In this document: in pieces, positions 17,951 to 25,495 of the stretch
How positions within the stretch are numbered: the first letter of the stretch is position 1
Layout: every line of letters starts with the position of its first letter
Source: a virus
Taxonomy: Duplodnaviria > Caudoviricetes
Virus record (IMG/VR): IMGVR_UViG_3300047279_000010
Span: 1 to 29,347 of that record
Length of the DNA: 29,347 nt
Direction: 5' to 3' (one strand)
Program-made: the position numbers and the translations under genes
Notes under the pieces: generated by a model
The model's input: the letters and a program-made list of their open reading frames with translations, nothing else
The model's database searches: none
What the model was told of the DNA's origin: nothing

Positions 17951-19717
17951 ATGCCAAAAACAAAGATTAGTGAATTTAGCGCAACCCCTGCTAATAACAC
18001 AGACATAGATTCTATTAACATTGCAGAGGGCTGTGCGCCTTCTGGTATTAACGATGCTATCCGTGAGTTAATGGCTCAACTGAAGGACTTTCAGACAGGT
18101 GCTGTTGGCGACTCGTTTAACGGGCCTATCGGTACATCTACGGCTGCTGCTGGTGCGTTTACCACTCTGTCAGCATCTAGCACGACTACTCTGTCTGGTT
18201 TAACAGCCTCGACTGCTTTAGCGTTAGATGCCAGTAAGAACGTAGTCTCTGTAACAAATACAGGAACTGGTAGCAACGTACTGGCTACATCTCCTACCCT
18301 AGTAACCCCTATCCTTGGAACACCCACTAGCGCAACTTTAACGAACGCTACAGGTCTTCCTATTGCTACAGGTGTATCAGGTCTAGGAACTGGTGTAGCA
18401 ACCTTTCTAGCCACTCCTAGTTCAGCTAATCTACGTTCTGCCTTAACAGACGAAACAGGAACAGGCTCTGCTGTCTTTGCGACTTCTCCGACTTTGGTGA
18501 CTCCCGCACTTGGTACTCCATCTAGTGCTGTTTTGACTAACGCAACTGGCTTACCTAATGCGGGTTTGGTAAATAGTTCTATCACCATTGGTGGTACTGC
18601 CATTGCATTGGGTGCTTCATCTAATGCGCTTGCTAATGACATTACTGTTAATGGCGTAAATGTCGGCAAAGGTGGTGGTTCGGGTTTATACAACACGTTA
18701 GCTGGTTCGGGGGCTATGTCCTCTTTAACAACTGGGGCACAGAATTCGGCTTTTGGAACAAGCGCAGTAACATCTACAAATTCAGGCTCAAACAACGTAG
18801 GTTTTGGTAGAGCAACTTTACTGTTAAACACATCAGGAAGTGCTAATACCGCGATTGGAACGGATGCGCTTTTCAATAATTTAACCGCTAGTAACAATAC
18901 TGCTGTAGGTTATCAGGCGGGGTACTCAAATCAAACAGGTACATCAAATGTTTTGCTTGGAAAAGGCTCAGGATATACAAATATTTCTGGCAATAATAAC
19001 GTCTACATTGGGGCAGGTAAAGTTGGCTTTCAAGACCCTGCTGGCTTTGTAGCAACAGGTTCAAACAATACGTTTGTTGGCGGGGCGGCTGGTGCAACAG
19101 TATTAACAGGTTCAGCAAACACCATCATTGGTCAGTACAACGGCAACCAAGGTGGCCTAAACATTACCACAGCAAGCAACTACATCGTGCTGTCTGATGG
19201 GGATGGGAATCCACTTATCTCAACTAATAGCACAAGGTCTGTTGCGCTTAATGGCGCAGTCCCACAAACAGGCACAGGCATCACATTCCCCGCAACTCAA
19301 TCAGCATCATCAGACGCTAAAACTTTGGATGACTATGAGGAGGGGACTTGGACACCGACACTTTCTTTTGGTGGTGGTAGTGCGGGAATTGTCTATTCAG
19401 TTAATTCAGGGACTTATACAAAAATTGGCAATTTAGTTACAGGTCGATTTATTATTGGGTTATCTAGTAAAGGTTCTTCGGGCGGTAATGCTGTTATTGG
19501 AGGATTGCCTTTTACTCTTGGAAGTGCTCTTGGAGTTGCAGTAACAGAACTTGCGTCTAACTTTACATTAAGCCCTCCAACAAATGGATGGCCTCAAGAC
19601 GTTACAACAAACTTAAATCTTTGGGCAATGGGTGCAACTGGTATTGTTTACACAACAGACGCAAGTTTTGCTAACAATACCCGTTTGGATATGTGGTTTC
19701 AATACTTTATTGTTTAA
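17951..19717 (+). CDS. Tail fibre / receptor-binding protein
   Basis: N-terminal anchor-like INIAEGCAPSGINDAIRELMA, TSPTLVTP repeats, NTAxG beta-roll repeats, LDDYEEGTWTP and a terminal beta domain. Confidence 0.85.
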   Translation: MPKTKISEFSATPANNTDIDSINIAEGCAPSGINDAIRELMAQLKDFQTGAVGDSFNGPIGTSTAAAGAFTTLSASSTTTLSGLTASTALALDASKNVVSVTNTGTGSNVLATSPTLVTPILGTPTSATLTNATGLPIATGVSGLGTGVATFLATPSSANLRSALTDETGTGSAVFATSPTLVTPALGTPSSAVLTNATGLPNAGLVNSSITIGGTAIALGASSNALANDITVNGVNVGKGGGSGLYNTLAGSGAMSSLTTGAQNSAFGTSAVTSTNSGSNNVGFGRATLLLNTSGSANTAIGTDALFNNLTASNNTAVGYQAGYSNQTGTSNVLLGKGSGYTNISGNNNVYIGAGKVGFQDPAGFVATGSNNTFVGGAAGATVLTGSANTIIGQYNGNQGGLNITTASNYIVLSDGDGNPLISTNSTRSVALNGAVPQTGTGITFPATQSASSDAKTLDDYEEGTWTPTLSFGGGSAGIVYSVNSGTYTKIGNLVTGRFIIGLSSKGSSGGNAVIGGLPFTLGSALGVAVTELASNFTLSPPTNGWPQDVTTNLNLWAMGATGIVYTTDASFANNTRLDMWFQYFIV

Positions 19718-19726
19718 GGAAAAATT

Positions 19727-19990
19727 ATGTCAACATTTACAGAAAAAACTTCTATCTCTGAATTTAACATTCAGTCTAATGGTTGCATTGGTGTTCGCAA
19801 AACTACCGATGTGCTAAAAGATGGCATTGTCATTTCATCAACCTACTGGCGATGTGTTTTAGTGCCAAATGACACACAAGCGTCAACAGTATTGGATGAG
19901 TCTTATTACTCAACACTTGCTCAAGCGGCTTGGACTGCTGAAGTGGTAGCGGCTTATCAAGCGGCTCAAGCAGAAAGAGAAACAACATGA
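19727..19990 (+). CDS. Tail-fibre-associated small protein
   Basis: AAGGA RBS, AAWTAEVVAAYQA end, follows the fibre gene. Confidence 0.75.
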   Translation: MSTFTEKTSISEFNIQSNGCIGVRKTTDVLKDGIVISSTYWRCVLVPNDTQASTVLDESYYSTLAQAAWTAEVVAAYQAAQAERETT

Positions 19991-20154
19991 CTAAAGATGA
20001 AGCCTTACAACTTGCGCTAGAAGCCTTTGAAAAAATGGCATCTTGGAGAGATGGTGAAGTTGGAAGCCATATGGATGAACCTTATGCCGCTGAAATTTCA
20101 AGAAACGCTATTACCGCTATTAAACAAGCATTAAACACAGAGGAAACAATATGA
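19987..20154 (+). CDS. Small helical protein (55 aa), not in ORF track
   Basis: MTKDEALQLALEAFEKMASWRDGEVGSHMDEPYAAEISRNAITAIKQALNTEETI. ATGA overlaps at both ends. Confidence 0.75.
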   Translation: MTKDEALQLALEAFEKMASWRDGEVGSHMDEPYAAEISRNAITAIKQALNTEETI

Positions 20155-20450
20155 CTACTACTTGGACTATCTCGACACTTGAGCGTGAAACCTCAAACGG
20201 CTTTGTAAAAACCTGTCATTGGCAAGCCACAGCAGTAGATGGAGACTACACAGCCTCTATTTACTCAACCTGCTCATGGGCTGATGGCACACCAACGATT
20301 GCCTATGCAGACCTGACACAAGCCACAGTGCTTGGTTGGGTGTGGGCAAATGGTGTTGATAAACAAGCCACTGAAGATGCTCTGGCGGCTAATATTGCTT
20401 TGCAGAAGAATCCTGTTACTGCTACTGGTACGCCTTGGGCAACTGAATAA
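20151..20450 (+). CDS. Tail-fibre-associated protein (possible assembly chaperone)
   Basis: GAGG RBS. HW, YADLT..VLGWV and GTPW motifs. Confidence 0.75.
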   Translation: MTTTWTISTLERETSNGFVKTCHWQATAVDGDYTASIYSTCSWADGTPTIAYADLTQATVLGWVWANGVDKQATEDALAANIALQKNPVTATGTPWATE

Positions 20451-20455
20451 GTTAA

Positions 20456-20483
20456 CAGGAAGCCACTACCTGAATTTAGTGGC
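20456..20483 (+). promoter_or_regulatory. Predicted H-type RNA pseudoknot upstream of an RBS
   Basis: CAGG/CCTG and GCCACTA/TAGTGGC are interleaved. AGGAG at 20489. Confidence 0.55.
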
Positions 20484-20499
20484 ACATTAGGAGAAACAC

Positions 20500-20724
20500 A
20501 TGGGCAACAACACAAAAAACCCTGTGACGATTGATGGAGTTGAGTACATCTTTGAGGACATGACACCTGAACAGCAAACCCTGCTGAATCATGTGGTTGA
20601 CTTGGAGAGGAAACTTAATTCTGCTAAATTCAATGTTGACCAGCTTCAAGTTGGTAGAGATGCTTTCTTTACGATGCTAAAGAAGTCCCTTGAAACTGTT
20701 ACGGATGTAACACCGAAAGAGTAA
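20500..20724 (+). CDS. Small coiled-coil protein
   Basis: AGGAG RBS. VTIDGVEY..DMT.EQ motif followed by heptads. Confidence 0.8.
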   Translation: MGNNTKNPVTIDGVEYIFEDMTPEQQTLLNHVVDLERKLNSAKFNVDQLQVGRDAFFTMLKKSLETVTDVTPKE

Positions 20725-20726
20725 TC

Positions 20727-20954
20727 ATGGAAGACCAAGTAACCCATTCGCAAATCTACGAGAGACTGCTTGCAGTTGAATCTAAGGTAGATGAGATAGA
20801 CAAGAATACAAAAGGTCTTGTAGAGGCTATACACGCCTTGGATGGGGCTTTTAAGGTCTTGGGATGGGTTGCTTCTGCTGCTAAACCTATTCTGTGGGTA
20901 GCAGGTTTAGTTATGGCGGCTGGTGCTGTTTGGCAGACTTGGATTAAAAAATGA
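20727..20954 (+). CDS. Small coiled-coil protein with C-terminal TM helix (lysis region)
   Basis: ERLLAVESKVD heptads, then PILWVAGLVMAAGAVW. Confidence 0.75.
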   Translation: MEDQVTHSQIYERLLAVESKVDEIDKNTKGLVEAIHALDGAFKVLGWVASAAKPILWVAGLVMAAGAVWQTWIKK

Positions 20955-21043
20955 TGGATTGGCTAGAAGCTATTGTGGCTCTAGCCTTTCTTTTTTGTTT
21001 TGTCATGTTCTGTGGTCATGTCATTCTTTGGGCGATGCCGTGA
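20951..21043 (+). CDS. 30-aa single-TM peptide, not in ORF track
   Basis: MMDWLEAIVALAFLFCFVMFCGHVILWAMP. ATGA and GTGA coupling. Confidence 0.6.
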   Translation: MMDWLEAIVALAFLFCFVMFCGHVILWAMP

Positions 21044-21192
21044 GATGGCTAATAATGCTTTCAATACTTTTTACATTGGTAGCATCTAGCAAAGATAAAA
21101 CTGAATATCGTTGTGTCAGATGGGCATGGACAGGCGATGTTTACAACCGAAAAGTTGTGTGTCTTGAATGGCAAAAGGTAGATAAGAGATGA
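21040..21192 (+). CDS. 50-aa exported peptide with a Cys pair
   Basis: Start reassigned to GTG 21040. MRWLIMLSILFTLVASS is signal-like, followed by YRCVRWAW...VVCLEW. Confidence 0.65.
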   Translation: MRWLIMLSILFTLVASSKDKTEYRCVRWAWTGDVYNRKVVCLEWQKVDKR

Positions 21193-21683
21193 TAGACCCT
21201 CTAACAGCCCTAGCAGGGATACAAAATGCTATTTCGATGGTCAAGAAGGCGAGTAAGGTTGCCAATGACCTAGGCTCTCTTGCGCCCATGATTGGCAAGA
21301 TGTTTGATGCCAAGTCAACTGCTACTAAAGCATTGATTGATGCTAAGAAAAGCAAAGGCTCAAACATGGGGACTGCTCTCCAGATTGAGATGGCTCTTGA
21401 ACAAGCTAGAGCATTTGAGGAAGAACTAAAGATGCTCTTTATGACCACAGGTAAGGTGGACGTTTGGAACAAGATTAAGGCTCGTCAAGACCAGATGGAC
21501 ATAGATGATGCCAGAGAACTTAGGGCTTTAGAGAGAGCAGAGAAGAAGGCTAAAGAAAAAGAGCAAGAGATGAATGAGTTAGCCATCATCATTGGTGGCA
21601 CATTCTTTGTTTTGTTCTTGGTGTTTGTCGGTATATACGAGCTTATGGATTTTTGTGAGACCACTAAAAGGTGTGGGCGGTGA
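21189..21683 (+). CDS. Coiled-coil membrane-anchored protein
   Basis: MIDPLT start, charged coiled coil, TM LAIIIGGTFFVLFLVFVGIY. Confidence 0.8.
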   Translation: MIDPLTALAGIQNAISMVKKASKVANDLGSLAPMIGKMFDAKSTATKALIDAKKSKGSNMGTALQIEMALEQARAFEEELKMLFMTTGKVDVWNKIKARQDQMDIDDARELRALERAEKKAKEKEQEMNELAIIIGGTFFVLFLVFVGIYELMDFCETTKRCGR

Positions 21684-21829
21684 ATGAGTACCAAAAGACC
21701 TTTGACCTTTGCCTAAAGATATTTGTCTATGGGGTAGTGGCTTTATGGTTTCTAGGTTTCCTAAAGTTTCTCCCTGACGATTTGTCAGACAAGATTGTTA
21801 ATCTCTTACTTGGAAAGATTGGACTGTAA
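21680..21829 (+). CDS. 49-aa membrane peptide, not in ORF track
   Basis: MNEYQKTFDLCLKIFVYGVVALWFLGFLKFLPDDLSDKIVNLLLGKIGL. GTGA and TAATG coupling. Confidence 0.7.
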   Translation: MNEYQKTFDLCLKIFVYGVVALWFLGFLKFLPDDLSDKIVNLLLGKIGL

Positions 21830-22332
21830 TGCTATCTCTATTTTCTACACTTGGTGGTTTGCTAATTTCTGGCTTACCAAAACTCCTAGATTTCTTTCAG
21901 AACAAAGATGACCAAAAGCATGAACTTGCTTTGGCTAGGGTGCAAGTAGAACTACAACTACAGATGATGGCTCAAGGCTTTAAGGCTCAAGAGCGCATGG
22001 AGGAGATACGCACAGACCAGATTGCCATGCAGACAGATGCCCAGATGACAGAAGCTGCTCTCAAGCATGATGAGAAAATCATGGAGAAAGCAAGCACTTG
22101 GGTGGTCAACTTTGTGGGTACTGTAAGACCTATCGTTACCTACATCTTTATCTTTGAGTTGTGTGCAATTAACGCATGGATTGCCTATTACGTTTACTCA
22201 AGACCTAGCTTAGTGACAAACATGGATGACTTAATCCGAGTTACTGACATTATTTTCTCTAGCGATGAAATGGCTATGCTTGGAGGGATTATCGGTTTCT
22301 GGTTTGGCTCACGTTCATGGGCTAAGAAATGA
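21829..22332 (+). CDS. Holin (GTA 3TM-holin-like)
   Basis: D.KHEL, WV...VRP, TM helices and IIGFWFGSR. Adjacent to the lysozyme gene. Confidence 0.75.
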   Translation: MLSLFSTLGGLLISGLPKLLDFFQNKDDQKHELALARVQVELQLQMMAQGFKAQERMEEIRTDQIAMQTDAQMTEAALKHDEKIMEKASTWVVNFVGTVRPIVTYIFIFELCAINAWIAYYVYSRPSLVTNMDDLIRVTDIIFSSDEMAMLGGIIGFWFGSRSWAKK

Positions 22333-22832
22333 AAATCAGCGAAAAGGGCGAACACTTGATGCACTTCTTTGAAGGCTATAGGAACAAGCCTTATCGGTGC
22401 AGTGCGGCTATCTGGACAGTTGGGTGGGGTCACGCTATGTACGCTGACCAACTTAACCTACCCAACGTTCGTAAAGAGGGTTATACAGGGCTTATCAGGT
22501 CTGACTACCAACTCAAAGGGGAAGACAATCGTGTTTGGTCTAAAGATGAATTGGTCAACTTATTCAAGGTTGATATCGACACTTTTGAACGTGGTGTTCT
22601 TCGACTTTCTCCTACTCTTGCTAATCATCAAAGCAAATTCGACGCTGTTGTCTCTTTTGCGTACAACGCAGGGTTAGGCAACTACCAAAGGTCAACCATT
22701 CGCATGAAGGTTAACAGGGGTGATTGGGAGGGTGCTGCCGAGGCTTTTATGTCGTGGACTAAAGCAGGTGGCAAGGAAGTGGCAGGGCTTGTCAAAAGAC
22801 GCAAAGCTGAAGTGGCTTTGTTTTTAAACTAA
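22329..22832 (+). CDS. Endolysin, GH24 lysozyme
   Basis: EG....Y.C....WT.G.GH, FDAVVSFAYNAG and GLVKRRKAE. Confidence 0.93.
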   Translation: MKISEKGEHLMHFFEGYRNKPYRCSAAIWTVGWGHAMYADQLNLPNVRKEGYTGLIRSDYQLKGEDNRVWSKDELVNLFKVDIDTFERGVLRLSPTLANHQSKFDAVVSFAYNAGLGNYQRSTIRMKVNRGDWEGAAEAFMSWTKAGGKEVAGLVKRRKAEVALFLN

Positions 22833-22862
22833 ATTGTAACAATTCTGCTATAAGGTGTTGAA

Positions 22863-23237
22863 ATGACTAACATTCCTACACCAGAGGACGCAAAACTCTT
22901 TGCACATAGTGTCAGAAAGTGGCAACAAGTGCTAAGTCTTGGGGATTGGAGAATAGAGAAGGGAAGCAAGCCAGCAAAACAGGCTATGGCTTCTGTTGAG
23001 TTTAATTCCTCTGCTCGATTGGCTACTTACAGACTAGGTGATTTTGGTGCTGAAAAGATAACACCTGAGAGCCTAGATAGAACTGCACTACATGAGTTAC
23101 TTCATATATTTCTATATGACTTGATGTGTGTGGCAACAGACCCTAAGTCTTCTGATGAGGAAATAGAGATGCAAGAACATAGAGTTATTAACTTGCTAGA
23201 AAACTTACTCTCTAAGGATTCCAATGGGCGCACATAA
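22863..23237 (+). CDS. HExxH zincin-like small protein
   Basis: TALHELLHIFL and a downstream E (QEH). Confidence 0.7.
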   Translation: MTNIPTPEDAKLFAHSVRKWQQVLSLGDWRIEKGSKPAKQAMASVEFNSSARLATYRLGDFGAEKITPESLDRTALHELLHIFLYDLMCVATDPKSSDEEIEMQEHRVINLLENLLSKDSNGRT

Positions 23238-24210
23238 CGAGACTTGTACGGATATGGAGTTCATCCAGTTATGGGGTCAACTTCAATCTGCGACAAAAAT
23301 AGCTGAACATCTTGGGATACACAATAGGGCGGTTCATCTACGCAGAAGGTGGATTGAAAAACAATACAACATGGCACTTAGTGCTAAAGACCATCGTGGT
23401 GCTTATTACGACAAAAACAGACCCAAGTCATTCTCTCCTTTAAAGCAGATAGAACTAGGCATATTGGACGGAACTGTGATTGTGTTCTCAGATGCTCACT
23501 TTATTCCTGCACAGCGTACAACAGCCTTTAAAGGGCTTCTATGGGCTATCCAAGAGTTCAAACCCAAAGCAGTGATATGCAATGGTGATGCGTTTGATGG
23601 GGCTTCCATATCAAGGCATGATGTAACTGACCAACCACAGACTTCTGTTATCCAAGAACTAAAGGCTTGTCAGGGTGCTCTAGGTGAAATTGAAGAAACC
23701 GCTAAAGCAGCTAGACACAATGTAAAGCTAGTGTTTACATGGGGTAATCACGATATTCGGTTTGGCAATCGTTTAGCCCAACACGCACCACAGTTTAAAG
23801 ATGTTGTCGGGTTTAAGCTGACAGACCATATTCCAGATTGGGAGTTCTGTTGGGCGGTATGGCCTACCAACGATGTGATTATTAAGCACCGATACAAGGG
23901 TGGTGTTCACGCTACTCACAACAATACTGTTAATGCTGGTGTGAGCATAGTTACTGGACACTTGCATAGCCTAAAGGTAACGCCATTCTCTGACTACAAT
24001 GGATGTAGATACGGGGTAGATACGGGGACTTTGGCTGAGACTGATGGCCCACAGTTTACCTATGCTGAGATAAACCCTAGTAACCATAGGTCAGGTTTTG
24101 CAGTGCTGAACTTCTTTAACGGAGAGTTGTTGCTTCCAGAGTTAGTTCAGAAGTTTGATGAAGACCAGATTCAATTCCGTGGTGAAGTTATTGATGTAGG
24201 TGCATTTTGA
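23224..24210 (+). CDS. Calcineurin-like metallophosphoesterase with N-terminal HTH
   Basis: SDAH, NGDAFD, GNHD, H and GHLH motifs. N-terminal SATKIAEHLGI. Confidence 0.88.
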   Translation: MGAHNETCTDMEFIQLWGQLQSATKIAEHLGIHNRAVHLRRRWIEKQYNMALSAKDHRGAYYDKNRPKSFSPLKQIELGILDGTVIVFSDAHFIPAQRTTAFKGLLWAIQEFKPKAVICNGDAFDGASISRHDVTDQPQTSVIQELKACQGALGEIEETAKAARHNVKLVFTWGNHDIRFGNRLAQHAPQFKDVVGFKLTDHIPDWEFCWAVWPTNDVIIKHRYKGGVHATHNNTVNAGVSIVTGHLHSLKVTPFSDYNGCRYGVDTGTLAETDGPQFTYAEINPSNHRSGFAVLNFFNGELLLPELVQKFDEDQIQFRGEVIDVGAF

Positions 24211-24350
24211 GTGCTTGGCTCATAATTCTGACAGGGGCTATCTATGCCTACATTGCTGGTGAGCAGCTATGGAAAGATAACCCGCACATGGCGATTGTCT
24301 ATGCGGGTTACAGTTTCAGCAATTTGGGGCTTTACTTGCTTGCTAAATAA
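24207..24350 (+). CDS. 47-aa two-TM membrane protein, not in ORF track
   Basis: TTG start overlapping the previous stop, AGGTG RBS. MSAWLIILTGAIYAYIAGEQLWKDNPHMAIVYAGYSFSNLGLYLLAK. Confidence 0.75.
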   Translation: MSAWLIILTGAIYAYIAGEQLWKDNPHMAIVYAGYSFSNLGLYLLAK

Positions 24351-24903
24351 GTGGATATGATATAACATAGAGCCATTGGAGGCACTATGATTACTTATGA
24401 AGAAGCGCACGAATTGTTTGAATACTTACCTACAGGGCAACTTGTAAGGAAAGTTACAAGAAGCAATAATTCCAAAAAAGGTCAAATTGTTGGCTGCTTA
24501 ACTCCCAATAAATACTATGTTGTACGCATAAATAAGAAGTTAATTGGGGTGCATCGTTTAATTTATTTTATGCACACAAAAGAATGGGCTAAAGAAGTTG
24601 ACCATATTGATGGCAATCCTTCAAACAATAAGATTGAAAATCTAAGAAGTTGCACTCATAGAGAAAACATCCAGAATTCTCCTAATTTTTCACATAACAC
24701 ATCTGGAACTAAAGGTGTTAGTTGGCAATCAGATAGGAAAAAGTGGTATGCCTATTTAGTTATTGATGGGAAAATGAAAAGTCTTGGGAGACACGATGAG
24801 TATGAAGATGCAAAAGAAGCGGCTATAAATGCACGAAAACAAGCGTTTGGTGAATTTTATAGACCGCTTTAGCAACGTGGGTCTTTACCTGTTGGCAAAG
24901 TAG
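24315..24903 (+). mobile_element. Free-standing HNH insertion bounded by a duplicated, recoded gene 3' end
   Basis: 24315-24350 and 24868-24903 encode FSNLGLYLLAK* and FSNVGLYLLAK* (26/36 nt identical). The interior is AT-rich. Confidence 0.75.
24387..24872 (+). CDS. HNH homing endonuclease with AP2-like C-terminal domain
   Basis: HRLI..VDHIDGNPSNNKIENLR, then NTSGTKGVSW...W.A..LG. GGAGG RBS. Confidence 0.92.
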   Translation: MITYEEAHELFEYLPTGQLVRKVTRSNNSKKGQIVGCLTPNKYYVVRINKKLIGVHRLIYFMHTKEWAKEVDHIDGNPSNNKIENLRSCTHRENIQNSPNFSHNTSGTKGVSWQSDRKKWYAYLVIDGKMKSLGRHDEYEDAKEAAINARKQAFGEFYRPL

Positions 24904-24904
24904 C

Positions 24905-25120
24905 TTACAAAGGCTCGTGAGCGTTTAAGGCAAAAGCTGGCGTTTCTTCTTCTTCTGTATCTTCATCTTCATCACAGTCAATAGCTTCATATTCAACTGC
25001 CCATCCGTTTTCTTCTTGGAACTCGATAAATTCTTGAATGATTTGAATCTTCTCAAAGTCATGGGTTTCAACTGTAATTTTCTCACTTCCTACCCAACCA
25101 AATTCCATTTCGAATTTCAT
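24905..25120 (-). CDS. Small, highly acidic protein
   Basis: AGGAG RBS. D/E-rich, with DCDEDEDTEEEE. Confidence 0.75.
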   Translation of the reverse strand: MKFEMEFGWVGSEKITVETHDFEKIQIIQEFIEFQEENGWAVEYEAIDCDEDEDTEEEETPAFALNAHEPL

Positions 25121-25133
25121 AATGTTCTCCTAG

Positions 25134-25184
25134 CGCAACCGATTGTTGCAACCAAATCGTAGAACATTTTTATGTCAGAAACAA
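25134..25184 (-). promoter_or_regulatory. Putative promoter and leader hairpin for the acidic protein
   Basis: Minus strand TTGTTT-17 nt-TACGAT, then GCAAC-AATCG-GTTGC. Confidence 0.4.
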
Positions 25185-25187
25185 GAC

Positions 25188-25493
25188 TCAGGTTTCTTTT
25201 TGGAAGACTCCGTTAGGCAAAAGAATACCCTTGCGATTCTTAATCTGGTCATACGCAATTTCCATACATTCTACTAAATTTATGTCTTGCAAAGCGCAAT
25301 AATTGATAAGACAGACCATGACATCACCAACAGAATCAACAATAGCATCCTCGTCATTTTTAATCGTGGCATCTGCGAGTTCCCCCATCTCTGACATTGC
25401 TTTTAAAAGCTGAACTTCTGGTGTGCTGTTGGGAATAATTTTCCTAGCTTCAGACCATTGTATGATTTTTATTTCTATTGCTGCATAAGACAT
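25188..25493 (-). CDS. MazG-like nucleotide pyrophosphohydrolase
   Basis: QLLKAMSEMGEL..IVDSVGDVMV..AYDQIKNRKG. Start reassigned to 25493 (AAGGA RBS). Confidence 0.88.
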   Translation of the reverse strand: MSYAAIEIKIIQWSEARKIIPNSTPEVQLLKAMSEMGELADATIKNDEDAIVDSVGDVMVCLINYCALQDINLVECMEIAYDQIKNRKGILLPNGVFQKET

Positions 25494-25495
25494 AA

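Noticed and set aside
18091-18897. 268-aa antisense ORF over the tail fibre
   Set aside because: Shadow of Thr/Gly/Ala-rich codons on the + strand. No RBS or motif.
17951-20450. Diversity-generating retroelement at the fibre tip
   Set aside because: No reverse transcriptase and no template/variable repeat pair seen in the window.
20923-21039. Upstream extensions given in the ORF track (also at 2558, 25526, 26979, 27319 and 27471)
   Set aside because: Downstream starts with stop/start coupling, an SD or promoter geometry fit better.
22846-22854. TGC-TATAAG as a promoter for the HExxH cassette
   Set aside because: Lacks the conserved final T and overlaps the SD. Too weak to call.
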